From NCBI GenBank assembly GCA_002633005.1, contig NMRA01000442.1:307074-371073 (forward strand): a DNA stretch of 64,000 nt, read 5' to 3'. Numbering within the stretch: the stretch's first letter is position 1; every line of letters begins with the position of its first letter. Below, piece after piece: positions 27,801 to 42,800 of the stretch. Below the pieces are notes generated by a model that was not told where the DNA came from, did not search any database, and worked only from the letters and a program-made list of their open reading frames with translations. The position numbers and the translations under genes are program-made. This stretch comes from Phoronis australis. Lineage: Eukaryota > Animalia > Phoronida.

Positions 27801-30800
27801 CTATTTTGCAGAGCATACAGGTGTTGTATAAGACCTACTGAAAAATAAATAAGGCAAAGCCAACACGGCACTGTTAGAAAATGCAATGCAAATGCCATGA
27901 TAAAATAGCAATAAAACAAGCTGCAATATGCCCAGAGCAGGTGTATTGAATTTTCTAAAGCACATATCTCAAAAATGGGATTTGAATCCAGCTGGTTCAC
28001 TGACCACAAGAGTACAGAAAACAACATATAACGTCGGTGACGACCAGAGCAGCAAAATCACACAGCGGAGTCACACACACGCTTTTTTGGGGCAGGAAAT
28101 GACGTTTTTTTGCTTAGAAAGCCTGATTTTCCACTATAATTGGGACAAAAACATTCATACGACTGGTTAGGGATCAGACCCAAGTAATATCATTTTCCCA
28201 AGTGTACACAGACTGATGTTTATAATTATGCTTTAAATGTTAATGCTGGTCAATTACTGTCTCGCATAATAGGAGACTTTTGTCGCACAACGCTGGCTAA
28301 AAACTTCAAGAGGTATCTGTCAACACCTAACACAAAATGTATAATCAATTTTCCATTCCGTGTTTATCATTCACCCAATGCCAACTAAATGGAAAGACGC
28401 AAAAAATCCGACCACTTTTATGTTGAATCTCCTCCATCTTGGGTAAATCCTTCTCCGGCAACTTCACTTCATCTCTCGGCGACACGTACGCTATGAGGCG
28501 GCAGGCAAGCTCATAGAACAGCGTGTTCTGACTACAGAATTTGCAGACTCCTGATTGGTTGTCCTGACAGGTGTGAACGCCCTCTCTTGGCCCAGACAGC
28601 ATGGCATTGGCCAATAGGAGCATCTCTTTAGACTTGTTGAGGTGGAGACCAAGGTGGCTGGGTGTGTTACTCAATTCAATCTGGATTGAATGAATTAAAT
28701 CCAACTTTTATTTATGGGAAATGTAAACATCTAAATACTATTGTGGTTTTAAAATCTGAACTATGTGAAGAGTTTAACAGGTGGAAAATTAAAGGATTAT
28801 TCATAAGATTGCTCCATTTACAATTGTTACACAACATTTATCAAATTCATTTGGCGTTAAAACATCCAAGGCATTTTAACTGAATTTTCTTAACATGTGC
28901 GTTGGGAGTTTACACAAATGTTAACCCCAAAACATATACAAATATATGGTATAATTGTTACAATTGTTAAGATTGTTTTGTAGCCAATGGCTGACTAAAT
29001 CACCACAGACAAAACATATGAGCTTCAGCTGCCAATTTTGACGTGAAACTCAGTTCACAGTTGTGTATTGCTACCATGTCATTCGTTATTTCGTAGAGAG
29101 ATAAGTCGACATCTGTCCTTCTGATACTAGTAAAGTATTACTGCTGCATAAAGAGTTGTAATGCAGACATCAAAATTTTTGAAAAAGCTGAGTGATGGTG
29201 ATAAATCATTTTTTGCTTGTCTGACTGAAGTGGGCTAGCAGCTTACATTTAGAAACTAGGTAGACTGTACAACGCATTTTTCTACCTCAGAGTTGAATCC
29301 AGGATGTGGGAATTAAACCAGCTGGCTCAGACAAAGTTACAACCAGTTTTGACCAAAACACAGTTGACATAGGAATCTCCAACAGCGTGTGTATGGGCGC
29401 GTATTTAACACCAAGCTAATCATGGCTCACTATATCCAAGGGGGATAATGTCGGCAGAGTCATGGCTCACCGTAGCCAAGGAGGATATTGTCGACATCAT
29501 CATGGTCTCTAGTCATGGATCACCATATCCAATGGGGATAGTGTCATCAGTGTCATGGTTTATAGTCATGGCTCACTATATTCAAGGGAGATAATGTCAG
29601 CAGTGTCATAGTCTCTAGTCATGGGTCACCATATCCAAGGTGGATAGCGTCATCAGTGTCATGGTCTCTAGTCATGGGTCACCAAATCCAATAGGGATAG
29701 TGTCAGCAGTGTCCTAGTCTATAGTCATGGTTCGCCATATCCAAGGGGAATACTGTCATCAGTGTCATGGTCTATAATATAATAATTGCAGGCGGTCTGA
29801 TACACGTTGTACCAGAAATGCACAGGCCTCGCATGTGGGCCCATTGCACTGATCACCTGGAAATATTTTTATGCTTTATTAACATATGGTTAAAACCGAG
29901 CTGATTAGCTAGAAACCTGGCTCAAGGGTTTAGCAGTGTGACCTGGTGTGACTCGAACCCACGACCTCGAGTAATGAAAGCGGGCACTTATCAACCAGGC
30001 CACACTGTCTATAGTCATGGCTCACTATATCCAAGGGAGATAATGTCACCAGTGTCATAGTCTCTAGTCATTACCTGCTTCAATAGTATATCCAACATCA
30101 AGATGAAGCAGGTGATGTTCAACTCCCCCTCATCCTCTACATCATCGAAGTCCCCGGGAAGCGGTGACACGTGACCAGCGACGTCATCCTCTAGTATCTC
30201 ATCTAAAGCTGGCTGGAGCAGGGCGTCGTCGCTGGGGATCACATTGAGCACAGAGGAGCTGGTGTGGGTGGCGACGACCGGCGGGGAGCACAGGAAGGCG
30301 ACGCCCATCTTAAACATCTTCAGTAACATCAGCAAGGGGATGACGATGTCAACGGAGGAGAGAATCTGGTGGTAAAGGCAGATGGGTAGAATGAGAAGTA
30401 TGGTGATTCTTCAACTATTTAGCATGCCACAATATGGTGAACAACTAAAATATTTTATCTAGTCAAATTTGTGAATAAAGAGCAAGACATTTTTGTGTCG
30501 ATGATCAGCTTGGTTCGTACAGAGAAAAAATATGGACAACTTTCCATTATTTGTCAAAAAACAATGAGCCACTGAAAAACAGAAAAACAATAACTTGGGC
30601 AAGTAATAAGAGGAGAATTATAAAGGAAATTTTAAGTCAAAATTGAACACAAAATCAACAGAAAATAATAGTATTGCTAAAATTGTCATTTTCTGCAAAT
30701 TCAAAGATGTATGACAGTGCTAAAAAGGCTCAGATTTCAACCTGTCATGTTATGTTTGTCTACTGCATAGGACAAATAAACACAGTTGCGTCCCATCTCG

Positions 30801-33800
30801 AAGTGTGACCATTTATCGTATCGTCAATATTAAACATCCCAAGACCAAAGTGAGGCACTGTGCTTCAGGCAAGTACTACTATTGTAGGCTTTAGATATTT
30901 CGGAGCAAACATTTTTGCTATAGAAATGATGAGGTCACTGAAAAAACATTCCCGTGGCTTTTGCAAAATTATACTGCTTGAAAAATCCGCTTGACAAAAA
31001 GTATAACAATTATGCAAATGACTTTTATTAGTACTTGAAGGTGACTGAGATTAAATTGTTTTTATTTATCCCTTAATTTTTTAATAAATGTATACATTCG
31101 TTTTGTATGTGTGTTTATACGTATGTTTGTAAGCCTAATAGTCATGCCAGAAATACTACCCTCGGGCAATTTCTGGGCAACGCAGGTATGCGTACAATTG
31201 CATCTTGGGATTATATCTAATAAATTTTGTTAAAAATGCCACAGCCTGCAAATACTTATGACATAAAATCAGTGACAGACANTCGCTAGCGACAGGCTTA
31301 GGAGAAGGGTGTTTCCTTCTTTTGCTTTCATGGAAAGTTGATCGTTATCATGTGCAAATTGAACTGAAACGAATGCCTGATGAGAGAAAATACATATTCT
31401 GAGGTTCAGTGGAGACTTACTCTGTTACACTATAGAAATGATGAGGTCACTGAAAAAACATTCCCGTGGCTTTTGCAAAATTATACTGCTTGAAAAATCC
31501 GCTTGACAAAAAGTATAACAATTATGCAAATGACTTTTATTAGTACTTGAAGGCGACTGAGATAAAATTGTTTTTATATATCCCTTAATTTTTTAATAAA
31601 TGTATACATTCGTTTTGTAAGTATGTGTGTTTATACGTATGTTTGTAAGCCTAATAGTCATGCCAGAAATACTACCCTCGGGCAATTTCTGGGCAACGCA
31701 GGTATGCGTACAATTGCATCTTGGGATTATATCTAATAAATTTTGTTAAAAATGCCACAGCCTGCAAATACTTATGACATAAAATCAGTGACAGACAAGA
31801 TGTATTCAAGACAATCGTGCCTATACCTGAAGCCACTGAAGAGCTTGTTCTTGTATGGATGCCTCTGAGTCTTCAAAACGTTCGTCAATGAAATGGTACA
31901 TCTTATCCAACAGAAACGGCAGGGGGCTCATTTCGATGTCAAACGTTTTACTGAAGATAAGAAACAAGCGGGCCTAGTGTAAATTAGTGTTATTTTGACA
32001 AGTTCTACACAAACAACACACCTGTAAGTTCAAACCACATCTAATATCTGGCTTAACAATGTACTTAGTTGGATTACAAAGCCTTGCATACCTGCGCGGT
32101 GTTACCCCTTCGCAAACTCACAGTACTGCCTCAGGACACTAGGGTGTGGTTTGTATTTGATCAGTTTGCACTCAAAATTGTTTATAAGGCCAACCAAAGC
32201 AAAGTCGGTTCTGGTCTCTAACCCGACTCATTTTGAGACCTGCACTCACTGACTAAAAAGACACATAAGCAAGGTTGGATTTAGTAAGCGAAAAAAACTA
32301 ATACTGCGTCATTTTGGTCATATCCCGTGGATTTTTTTTTTGAAAATATGAGCAACAAAGAAAAACGCTGTACCACCAATGTTACATTTGATCACTTTTT
32401 CCCCTCAAAAATTGTTCATAAATGATGGACAATTACCTAGCAAAATGCCTCTTTAAAGTGTTTTAACAGTACCACAGATTGAAGTATAATTGTTTTCTTG
32501 ACCACGTACACCGATACAAAGATGAGAGTTTACCATACAGATGTCATAACTACAACCTTCATCTCATTGTACATAACCAATAACTTACAAGAACACAGAC
32601 TATGGACTTACTTTAACAGTGTCTTGATCTCGACCACTTCATTACTTGGGATCTCAGTCCTGATAGCTTCCAACCAATAGGGCATGATGTAATCCCACAC
32701 CTAACGGAGTCAACAAAACAGAATACAAAATAGAGAGCGAGACCACACAGTAGAGACAACAAAGACCATAAAGGCAATGTGCTCATTACAGAACTTCAAT
32801 TTCGCTGTTCTTAAACAATTTCAAAAAGAAAAGAATGGCATTTTTAAAAAATAAAATATTTCATCATGGTCACAAATATTTTGAAAAATGCGAACAGTTT
32901 TGCATTTACATCTAATGTTTTGTTTCATAGTAGAGTTCAAATGGCTACTACCTTATGTATTAAGTAAAACAAACGACACCAGAAATATTGCCTACAGAAC
33001 AGTCTGGGTCACTGAAATGGGAGACATGGTACTATTCACAAGATGATGCTAAAGAAGAATGAGCCCCATTTCTATTGTCAGAATAGACTGAGAACTAAGT
33101 CACTAGGACATTCACAGGATAATGATCCCATGCAGCAACCTGATCACGTCCACTTATATCTTGCAGTTAGAATCATAGCCTCACAAGCACCACCTAGCAA
33201 ATTTCGAGCTCCCAACAATACTGTTCTTACAACTGCAATGACTTGGGAACCATCAAACTTCTAGCCACTTCACCTCATAGGTAACGATGTCGTACGGCCC
33301 CAGACAGTTTAATTTCTGTAGTCCCTCCTTGATCTGTGCCGTACGGCTAGACATGGTGTCCCATGTGCCACCGATGCGGGCGTACTCCACAGGGTGGGGA
33401 AGAAGGCAGGTGAGGATGACCTCGTAGTGTGTCTTCTTGACCTCTTGCAGCCAGTTGTAGATGTACTGGAATATGATCAGAGGAAAAGAACAATGCAGAG
33501 GTCATCTACATAAATAACCTTTGAAATGAGAAGTGTAGACAGTGTCCACACAAATCAAAAACTTTAAGTTGCTGAATCCTCATTTTTCACCAGTTTTGAT
33601 TAGTTTTGAATTGTTTGGAATTGAAACAAGAAAAGGTTTTATGAGTTTTCACAAACTTTGGAATTTTCCTGAAAAGCTGAGGTCACTGGCATTTAACTGG
33701 CAATGTTTCAGACTTCTCTGAGGTTCAAGTTTTCGGTCATGATTATCAAGGAATACAACGACACCTGGGTTTGGGGATTTTTTGTGCTTTGAACATAGAT

Positions 33801-36800
33801 CACGATTGGCTTTGATGAATGGCATAAAGAAATTAGATCTAATTTGAATTTCACATGTCAAACTTGGTTTCAGCAAAGTTTAAACTTCTAATTTATAAAT
33901 ATCTGAAATGAGTACATTTAAACTGATTTCATAATTCATTTCTATGAGCAACAAGTCAGAAGAGGGGCCCCAACATTCAACTTATATTGGTCAGGAGAGA
34001 TTTTTTTATTAATTAAATCCATTTAAAAACTTCAAGTTAAATGTTGTCTACAATATGACCTTTTGCAATCATGGCAAATATAATTATACTTACAACAAGC
34101 CAGGAAGGGATAAATATTCAACTTTCCAGAGCAAATATTGGAGACCATTTTTTGAAATTTCATAAGATAACGTTAACCAAATTTAAAATCTTCAATTTGC
34201 TGTTATATGCAATTCATCATTTTCAATTGCAAATCTAATACATACCTCGGGTTTCAACTTTTCTAAGGCATTACCAACATTGTCTGAAAAATAAAACTTC
34301 CAATTAACACTAAGGCTTTATAAAAATTCAGTTCTAATGTCAAAATTTGATCATTCACTCTGTTGATTGCCACGGACATATCTAGCACCCGTGGCTAGTT
34401 TCAAACTGCTTTAAACCTGCAAGAAAACTTTTGGCTTGGATAACAGACAACTACAAGACTGATCCCAGTTATGGTGTTTGCATCATGCAACTTGTTCAGT
34501 GTCGCATCTTTGAAGAATTATTTTTTAATGAAAATGACTATAATAAAAGATTCGAAATATATTTCAGAGTGAGTAAAATATGCCAAATTAAACAGAAATG
34601 CCATAAAAAATGTATCATTTCTGTTTAAAGGTTCCAAGCTAAGTTCCCCACAATGCCTTGTTTGTGTCTCATGAGACTACTACATCACAAGGGTCCATGC
34701 CCTGACTCACCATCAGGCAGATACGCAACACAGTCGAACCAATGGAACAATATTCCTAGCAGCCGTCCCAACTGTTCAACGGGCACGCCCTCTGATGGCT
34801 TACACAGCTCCACCATCATCCAGATGCCGTAGCGGCTCAGTAGTTTACGCTCCTCCGTGTAGGCCGTCTTATCTGGGTGATCCTCCGCCAGATCTAGCAC
34901 TGATTTGTCATGCGGCTCGGCCTCCTTAAGTAGGCTGAGGAAAACAAGAAATGTTAAGTGAACAAAACCTTACATATTCTATGCATGTCTGTCAATCTGG
35001 TTGAAATAACCTTTGACATACACAGAGTAGGTTATTGAAGAAAAAGTTAAAGCTGATGAATATCTGAAAGAAGTCTGTTACATTTTTGATTCATTACGAC
35101 TGAAATGAAAAGATAACATATAGGGCGACTTAAAAGTAGAAGGCACAATCTGTAAGGAATGTTGTTATTGCTTAGTGCTATTTCTGCTACTGCTTAGTAC
35201 TAATTCTGCTACTGCTTAGTACTANTCGCAAACTCACAGTACTGCCTCAGGACACTAGGGTGTGGTTTGTATTTGATCAGTTTGCACTCAAAATTGTTTA
35301 TAAGGACAAACAAAGCAAAGCCGGTTCAGGTCTCTAACCTGACTCATTTTGAGACCTGCACTCACTGACTAAAAAGACACATAAGCAAGGTTGGATTTAG
35401 TAAGCGAAAAAAACTAATACTGCGTCATTTTGGTCATATCCCGTGGATTTTTTTTTTTGAAAATATGAGCAACAAAGAAAAACGCTGTACCACCAATGTT
35501 ACATTTGATCACTTTTCCCCCTCAAAAATTGTTCATAAATGATGGACAATTACCTCGCAAAATGCCTCTTTAAAGTGTTTTAACAGTACCACAGATTGAG
35601 GTACTGTTTTCTTGACCACATACACCAACACAAAGATGAGAGTTTACCATACAGATGTCATAACTATAATCTTCATCTCATTGCAACCAATAACTTACAA
35701 GAACACAGACTATGGACTTACTTTAACAGTGTCTTGATCTCGACCACTTCATTATTTGGGATCTCAGTCCTGATAGCTTCCAACCAATAGGGCATGATGT
35801 AATCCCACACCTAACGGAGTCAACAAAACAGTATACAAAATAGAGAGAGACCACACAGTATAGACAACAAAGACCATAAAGGCAATGTGCTCATTACAGA
35901 ACTTCAATTTCGCTGTTCTTAAACAATTTCAAAAAGAAAAGAATGGCATTTAAAAAAAAAATAAAATATGTCACCATGGTCACAAATATTTTGAAAAATG
36001 CAAAAGTTTTGCATTTACATCTAAAGTTTTGCTTCATAGTAGAGTTCAAATGGCTACTACCTTATGTATCAAGTAAAACAAACGACACCAGAAATATTGC
36101 CTACAGAACAGCCTGGGTCTCTGAAATAGGAGACATGGTACTATTCACAAGATGATGCTAAAGAAGAATGAGCCCCATTTCTATTGTCAGAATAGACTGA
36201 GAACAAAGTCACTGGGACATTCACAGGATAATGATCCCATGCAACACCCTGACCGCGTCCACTTATATCTTGCAGTTAGAATCATAGTCTCACAAGCACC
36301 ACCTAGCAAATTTCGAGCTCCCAACAATACTGTTCTTACAACTGCAATGACTTGGGAACCATCAAACTTCTAGCCACTTCACCTCATAGGTAACGATGTC
36401 GTACGGCCCCAGACAGTTTAACTTCTGTAGTCCCTCCTTGATCTGTGCCGTACGGCTAGACATGGTGTCCCATGTGCCCCCGATGCGGGCGTACTCCACA
36501 GGGTGGGGAAGAAGGCAGGTGAGGATGACCTCGTAGTGCGTCTTCTTGACCTCTTGCAGCCAGTTGTAGATGTACTGGAATATGATCATCAGAATAACGT
36601 TTGAAATGAGAAGTGTAGACAGTGTCCACACAAACAAAAAGTTCAAGTTGCTGAATCCTTGTTTTTCACAAGAAAGTTTTGATTAGTCTTGAATTGTTTG
36701 GAATTGAAACTAGAATTTTCCAGACTTCTCTGAGGTTCAAATTTTCGGTCACAATTATCAAGGAATATAAGGACATGTGGCTTTGATGATTTTTTGTACT

Positions 36801-39800
36801 TTGACCATAGATCATGATTGACTTTGATGAATGACATACAGAAATTAGATCTAAATTGAATTTCACATGTCTTTTTTGTCAAACTTGGTTTTAGCAAAGT
36901 GTAAACTTCTAATTTATAAATATCTGAAACGAGTCCATTTAAATTCATAAATTGTAGAAAATCATCATAATTTTACGAACATACATTTCTATGAGCAACA
37001 ATGAGTCAGAAGAGAGCCCTAACATTCAACTTTCACAGGCAAATATTGATCAGGAGATTTTTTTATTAATCATGACAAGTCCATTTAAAAACTTCCAAGT
37101 TTGTTGTTGTCGCCAATATCACCATTTGCAATCATGGCAAATATGATCATACAACAAGCCAAGGGACAAAATATTCAACTTCCCAGAGAAAATATTGGAG
37201 AAAGAATTAGAATTTCATACGAAATGTAATTTAAAATCTCCAATTTGCTGTTGTCCGCAATTAATCATTTTCAATCGGCAAATCTAATACATACCTCGGG
37301 TTTCAACTTTTCTAAGGCATTACCAACATTGTCTGAAAAATAAAACTTCCAATTAACACTAAGGCTTTATAAAAATTCAGTTCTAATGTCAAAATTTGAT
37401 CATTTACTCTGTTGATTGCCACGGACATATCCCGCCCCCTTGCTAGTTTCAAACAGTTTTAAACCTGTAAGAAATTTTTTTTGCCAGATCACATACCACT
37501 ACAAGACTGATCCCAGTTTGTTCTGTCCTTACTACAATTAGAAGTGACTCTAGGGCTTGAAAAGAACTAAAAGTTCGTTGTTGCCTGAGTCATCTGCATA
37601 AAACATTCATACATTTCACTTCTGTTCAGCAGTATGTGTTGAATCCTTTCACTTTGAATGTAAAACATCACAACACCTGACCAATCCCGAATCATCGCCG
37701 CATGAACCGCTAATTCTAATTGAAATTTTAGTGTTGGCCAGCCTCAATAATCTCTTAAGTGTTTTTCTGAGTTACTGATGTTTTGAATGTTCTGAAAGGT
37801 TGTGGAAATCAGAGCTAACATGGTAATTAACATTAAGAGACCAATCTTATGAGCTTGAGTGCATCATTCCATTCTTTGATTTTCGGCAGCTAAACACTGA
37901 GGAAATAAAGTTTTAGGTACTTAGAATTAACATAAAACACAAGAACACCCAATGTAAAAACAAGTTTTAAGCCCAGGACTTTTCCAGTATCTATACGTGA
38001 AGGTAGGACACATCCGCCTATTAAGTGCAAGAGTATTGTATTGAGGAAATATTTTTTGGAAAACTGCTTCACTTTGAATTTTAACATGAGGTTAAAGAGA
38101 ATGTTGCCGCTTTTGAAAGCCATTTAGGCCAATTTGGCATATTTCACTTACTTTTAAAACTAATTAGTAGATTTCTATGAAACAGTTGCGCCCGGCAAGC
38201 TCAAAAAACATCAAGCGGTCTGTGAACCTATTCTGATAACTGCTCAATGGGTGAGACGCTCACAGGTTTTCAGTCCCAGCCTCCTCACATAACAGTTTGC
38301 CGCTGACTTGAGCAATGACGCAAAAAATAGTTGATAAAACTAATACAACAGTGGGTGAATAGATTCAGTCAATCAGACACACGGTGTTTGCATCATGCAA
38401 CTTGCTCAGTGTCACATCTTTGAAGAATTATTTTTTTTTAAATGACTTTTAATGGAACATTCAAAATCTATTTTAGAGTGAGTAAAATATGCCAAATCGA
38501 ACAGAAATGCCATAAAAAATGTATCATTTCTGTTTAAGGGTTCCAAGTTCCCCACAATGCCTTGTTTGTGTCTCACGAGACTACTACATCACAGGGTCCA
38601 TAGCTAAATTCCCTACAACGCCTTGTTTGTATCTCACGAGACTACTACATCACAGGGTCCATGCCCTGACTCACCATCAGGCAGATACGCAACACAGTCG
38701 AACCAATGGAACAATATTCCTAGCAGCCGTCCCAGCTGTTCAACAGGCACGCCCTCTGATGGCTTACACAGCTCCACCATCATCCAGATGCCGTAGCGGC
38801 TCAGTAGTTTACGCTCCTCCGTGTAGGCCGTCTTATCTGGGTGATCCTCCGCCAGATCTAGCACTGATTTGTCATGCGGCTCGGCCTCCTTAAGTAGGCT
38901 GAGGAAAACAAGAAATGTTAAGTGAACAAAACCTTACATATTCTATGCATGTCTGTCACTCTGGTTGAAATAACCTTTGACATACACAGAGTAGGTTATT
39001 GAAGAAAAAGTTAAAGCTGATGAATATCTGAAAGAAGTCTGTTACATTTTTGATTCATTACGACTGAAATGAAAAGATAACATATAGGGCGACTTAAAAG
39101 TAGAAGGCACAATCTGTAAGGAATGTTGTTATTGCTTAGTGCTATTTCTGCTACTGCTTAGTACTAATTCTGCTACTGCTTAGTACTATTTCTGCTACTG
39201 CTAAGTACTATTTTGACTTTTGCTTAGTACTACTTCTGCTATAATTGCTTAGTACTATTTTGACTATTGCTTAGTACTAATTCTGCTACTGCTAAGTACT
39301 ATTTCTGCTACTGCTTAGTACTATTTCTACTATTGCTTAATACTATTTCTGCTATCTCTTTATACTATTTCTGCTATTGTTAGTACTATTTCTGCTATTG
39401 CTTACTACTATTTCTACTATTGCTTAATACTATTTCTGCTATTGCTTAGTACTATTTCTGCTATTGCTTAATACTATTTCTGCTATTGCTTAATACTATT
39501 TCTGCTATTGCTTAGTACTATTTCGGCTATTGCTCAGTACTGTTTTGACTATTATTTAGTACTGCTTCGACTATTCCCTAGAACTATTTTGACAGCTTTT
39601 GTTCTCTGTGATTTCTTTCTGTTTTACAATTTTGCCACAGTTTATCTATGAGTGTACATTTCTCAGCTAGAAATTGCTCTGATGTCAACACCTACACAAA
39701 ACAAGTTGAACGTAGCCTTATGTTACTATGTAATGCTCAATCTTTGTCAACAGCTTAAGTAAGCCCTTAGCAAACTGAACAGTAGGATTAGAGTATCTTA

Positions 39801-42800
39801 TCACATGATCTTCGTACCTGACTATGGCATCCATCAGGTACGACTGTAACTCAGGCTCGCAGGCGTCGCTCCACACCTCTGGAACAGTCGTGTGGAAGAC
39901 GTGGTCGCCGCTCTGGCCGTGCTTGTTGTCGTGGCAACTGGCACAGTAACGGACCGGCCTATTGCGATTGGTCACCGCACACTGCATGGAGAAGCACGTG
40001 ACCACGGCCTGGCTATTGGATGACGAACAGTTCTGCGGAGACACGGGACAAAATCAATGTTGTGAGATCATGAAACTAGTACTTATGCACACTTGTTCAT
40101 TCAGAACAAAATAAACACATGGCAGTGATTGACATTCACAACTTTTATTAACAGATCTTTCTTATACGCTGACTAACGTTACACCCATAATCTACCAAAC
40201 ACAAAACAGTTTGCTAAATGATAATGTATTGAAACTGTCGCAAAGTTGAGCAATGTTTAAAAATTAGCACATTTCATCTTCAGACGTGAAATGGATAGAA
40301 CAGGGACTGGGGTCTAAGTTTTTTTACTCAAACTCAAAATTGCTTTTTTGGCATTTTCCGTTTTAATGTACGAACCCAAGAAGAGAGTCCAATATTTTGT
40401 GCTTAATTACCTTATGGTTAATATGCAAAAGAGTTTCTAGTTCAAACTTGCTCTTAGCTACCCCTGGATTCAAGCTACAAACTAGTAAAAACTCTCATGA
40501 TCTTTAGTGCACACTGTAGATTTAACATTCAGCCTCGAATTTGTAAGTTCAAAAGACCACCAAATGCAACAGGGATGAGACAGTCACACACACAGACTCT
40601 TGAGTTCACACAAAAGTGGAACGGAAATACCAAAATCTTAATTTTGAGTACCAAGATTAGACCCCAGGCTTTGGAATAAAAATAGTGCCTCTCAATCACG
40701 TCTTGTACTAAGTGAATTTTGTCTGAATGAAAGGACGCCTCTCAATTACACACACTCATTTTTCTAACATAATAAACATGTCTATTCTATCAAACAAAAT
40801 CAGGGGAGCATTCAATGATGCTAGTGTCTCTCTAGAAAAGCAACATCTCGTGAGATATCGCCATGTATTTTAAATGAGAGCACGTGAGTTTGGTTAAATT
40901 GTTCTCGCCCCGAGACAAGTATTGAACTCTACCCAGGTCTTCCACAGTTATTGAACTCTACCCACGGCAGGTCTTCTACAGTTATTGAACTCTACCCAGG
41001 TCTTCTACAGTTATTGAACTCTACCCAGGTCTTCTACAGTTATTGAACTCTACCCAGGTCTTCTACAGTGATTTTAGGAATGTGTGGCTCAGTTTGTGAG
41101 CGATAAAATTTTGTGACATCATAAAAGAAACACTATTTGAGTGTAGAATGACTAGAAAAGCAATAAGTGAAAGGCTTTGGTCAATTCTTTTAAGATTATG
41201 CAGGACCTTATCAGCAAGTTTGTCCATGTAGCCAAATTTCTAGAAAACTATACAAATCAGTTCAGTAAAAGTATGAATTTTCTGAAAGAAGAAAGCCCTG
41301 GTTGGACTAAGAATATTAGCTTTATTCCGATCTTATCTGCCACTGATTGGGTCACATAACTCTGGCCAAAGACAATAACTTCAAGAAGTCTATCTCCACC
41401 AACAATAATCTTAAAAATGCGTATTTTGGCCGTAAAAACAACATTGTCCCTATAATGCTCCGTCACCACACGGAAGTGTAAACAGATGAAACACGCTGGT
41501 TTTCCAAAACAATTTAGAGCTCGCAAGATACGACATTTCACCTTATTTTCGCAGACCAGTGACACATGATCCATAGGTAGAAGTGTGTCAATTAAGTCAC
41601 CCGCATGGTCCCGTCGCAAAATGTCGTAGCAGTCGACGCAGATGTAGACAGGTGGAGGTCTTCCGCAACATTCAATAGCCAGTTCAGGATGGAGACAGAT
41701 CTAGACATAAACGATTATGAACGAGTAGTGTTGACAAATACTGGAATATTTTGAACAGTGACCAATAGTAAAAGCGCTTTTGCCTAGTAAGCAACCACAA
41801 CAATTAGACATGAAGGCTACCAGCAGGCTTTCATAGTCTGAGGACAAATGCGAGAGGTAAGGCAAACAGACTTGATAATCAACAAAATAAGCAATGTAAA
41901 TCTGAACATTGGCTTTCCCGCCATATTTCGAATTATAGCAATNTCCAAAACAATTTAGAGCTCGCAAGATACGACATTTCACCTTATTTTCGCAGACCAG
42001 TGACACATGATCCATAGGTAGAAGTGTGTCAATTAAGTCACCCGCATGGTCCCGTCGCAAAATGTCGTAGCAGTCGACGCAGATGTAGACAGGTGGAGGT
42101 CTTCCGCAACATTCAATAGCCAGTTCAGGATGGAGACAGATCTAGACATAAACGATTATGAATGAGTAGTGTCGATAAATACTGGAATATTTTGAGCAGT
42201 GACCAATAGTAAAAGCGCTTTTGCCTAGTAAGCAACCGCAAAAACAATTAGACATGAAGGCTACCAGCAGGCTTTCATAGTCTGAGGATAAATGCGAGAG
42301 GTAAGGCAAACAGACTTGATAATCAACAAAATAAGCAATGTAAATCTGAACATTGGCTTTCCCGCCATATTTCGAATTATAGCAATTCAGCCTGAGGAAC
42401 TGAGGGACAGGGTGACATGGTATCAGTCTGCTCCAAAACACATCATTTAAAATACTGATATACTGGATAGCTGGGAAGAATTAGACAAGGATCAAGAGTC
42501 AGATATTTAGCAGACTTGTGATGATTTGTTACACAAGATGCACTTTTTATAAAATAACAATGACCATTAAAAAAAAACGATTTTAACCCAGTAAAAGTAT
42601 ATTTTCTGAATCACAGTAGAAAGCTTGACGTAGATACTGATTTTTGACTAAATACCAACTCTCATTAATTGGGCCACATGACCACGTCTTTTTAATAAAA
42701 TTTAGCAAAAAATGAAAATAAGATACATCCAAATCAAAGCAATGGTTAAGCATCAATAACATAACTAAACTCCATTTTGCACAAATGTTCAAGATGAAAT

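Larger units (their letters stand above)
32110..39186. repeat. 3.1/4.0-kb direct duplication of four UNC79 exons across single N (35225)
   Basis: 32110-35224 is collinear with 35226-39186; SNPs, small indels and an extra segment of about 860 bp (37519-38380) in the second copy. Confidence 0.9.

Noticed and set aside
41502-42385. Tandem 159-nt exon pair as mutually exclusive exons
   Set aside because: The exons are identical, flanks differ by only a few SNPs, and the junction is a single N, which fits a contig overlap.
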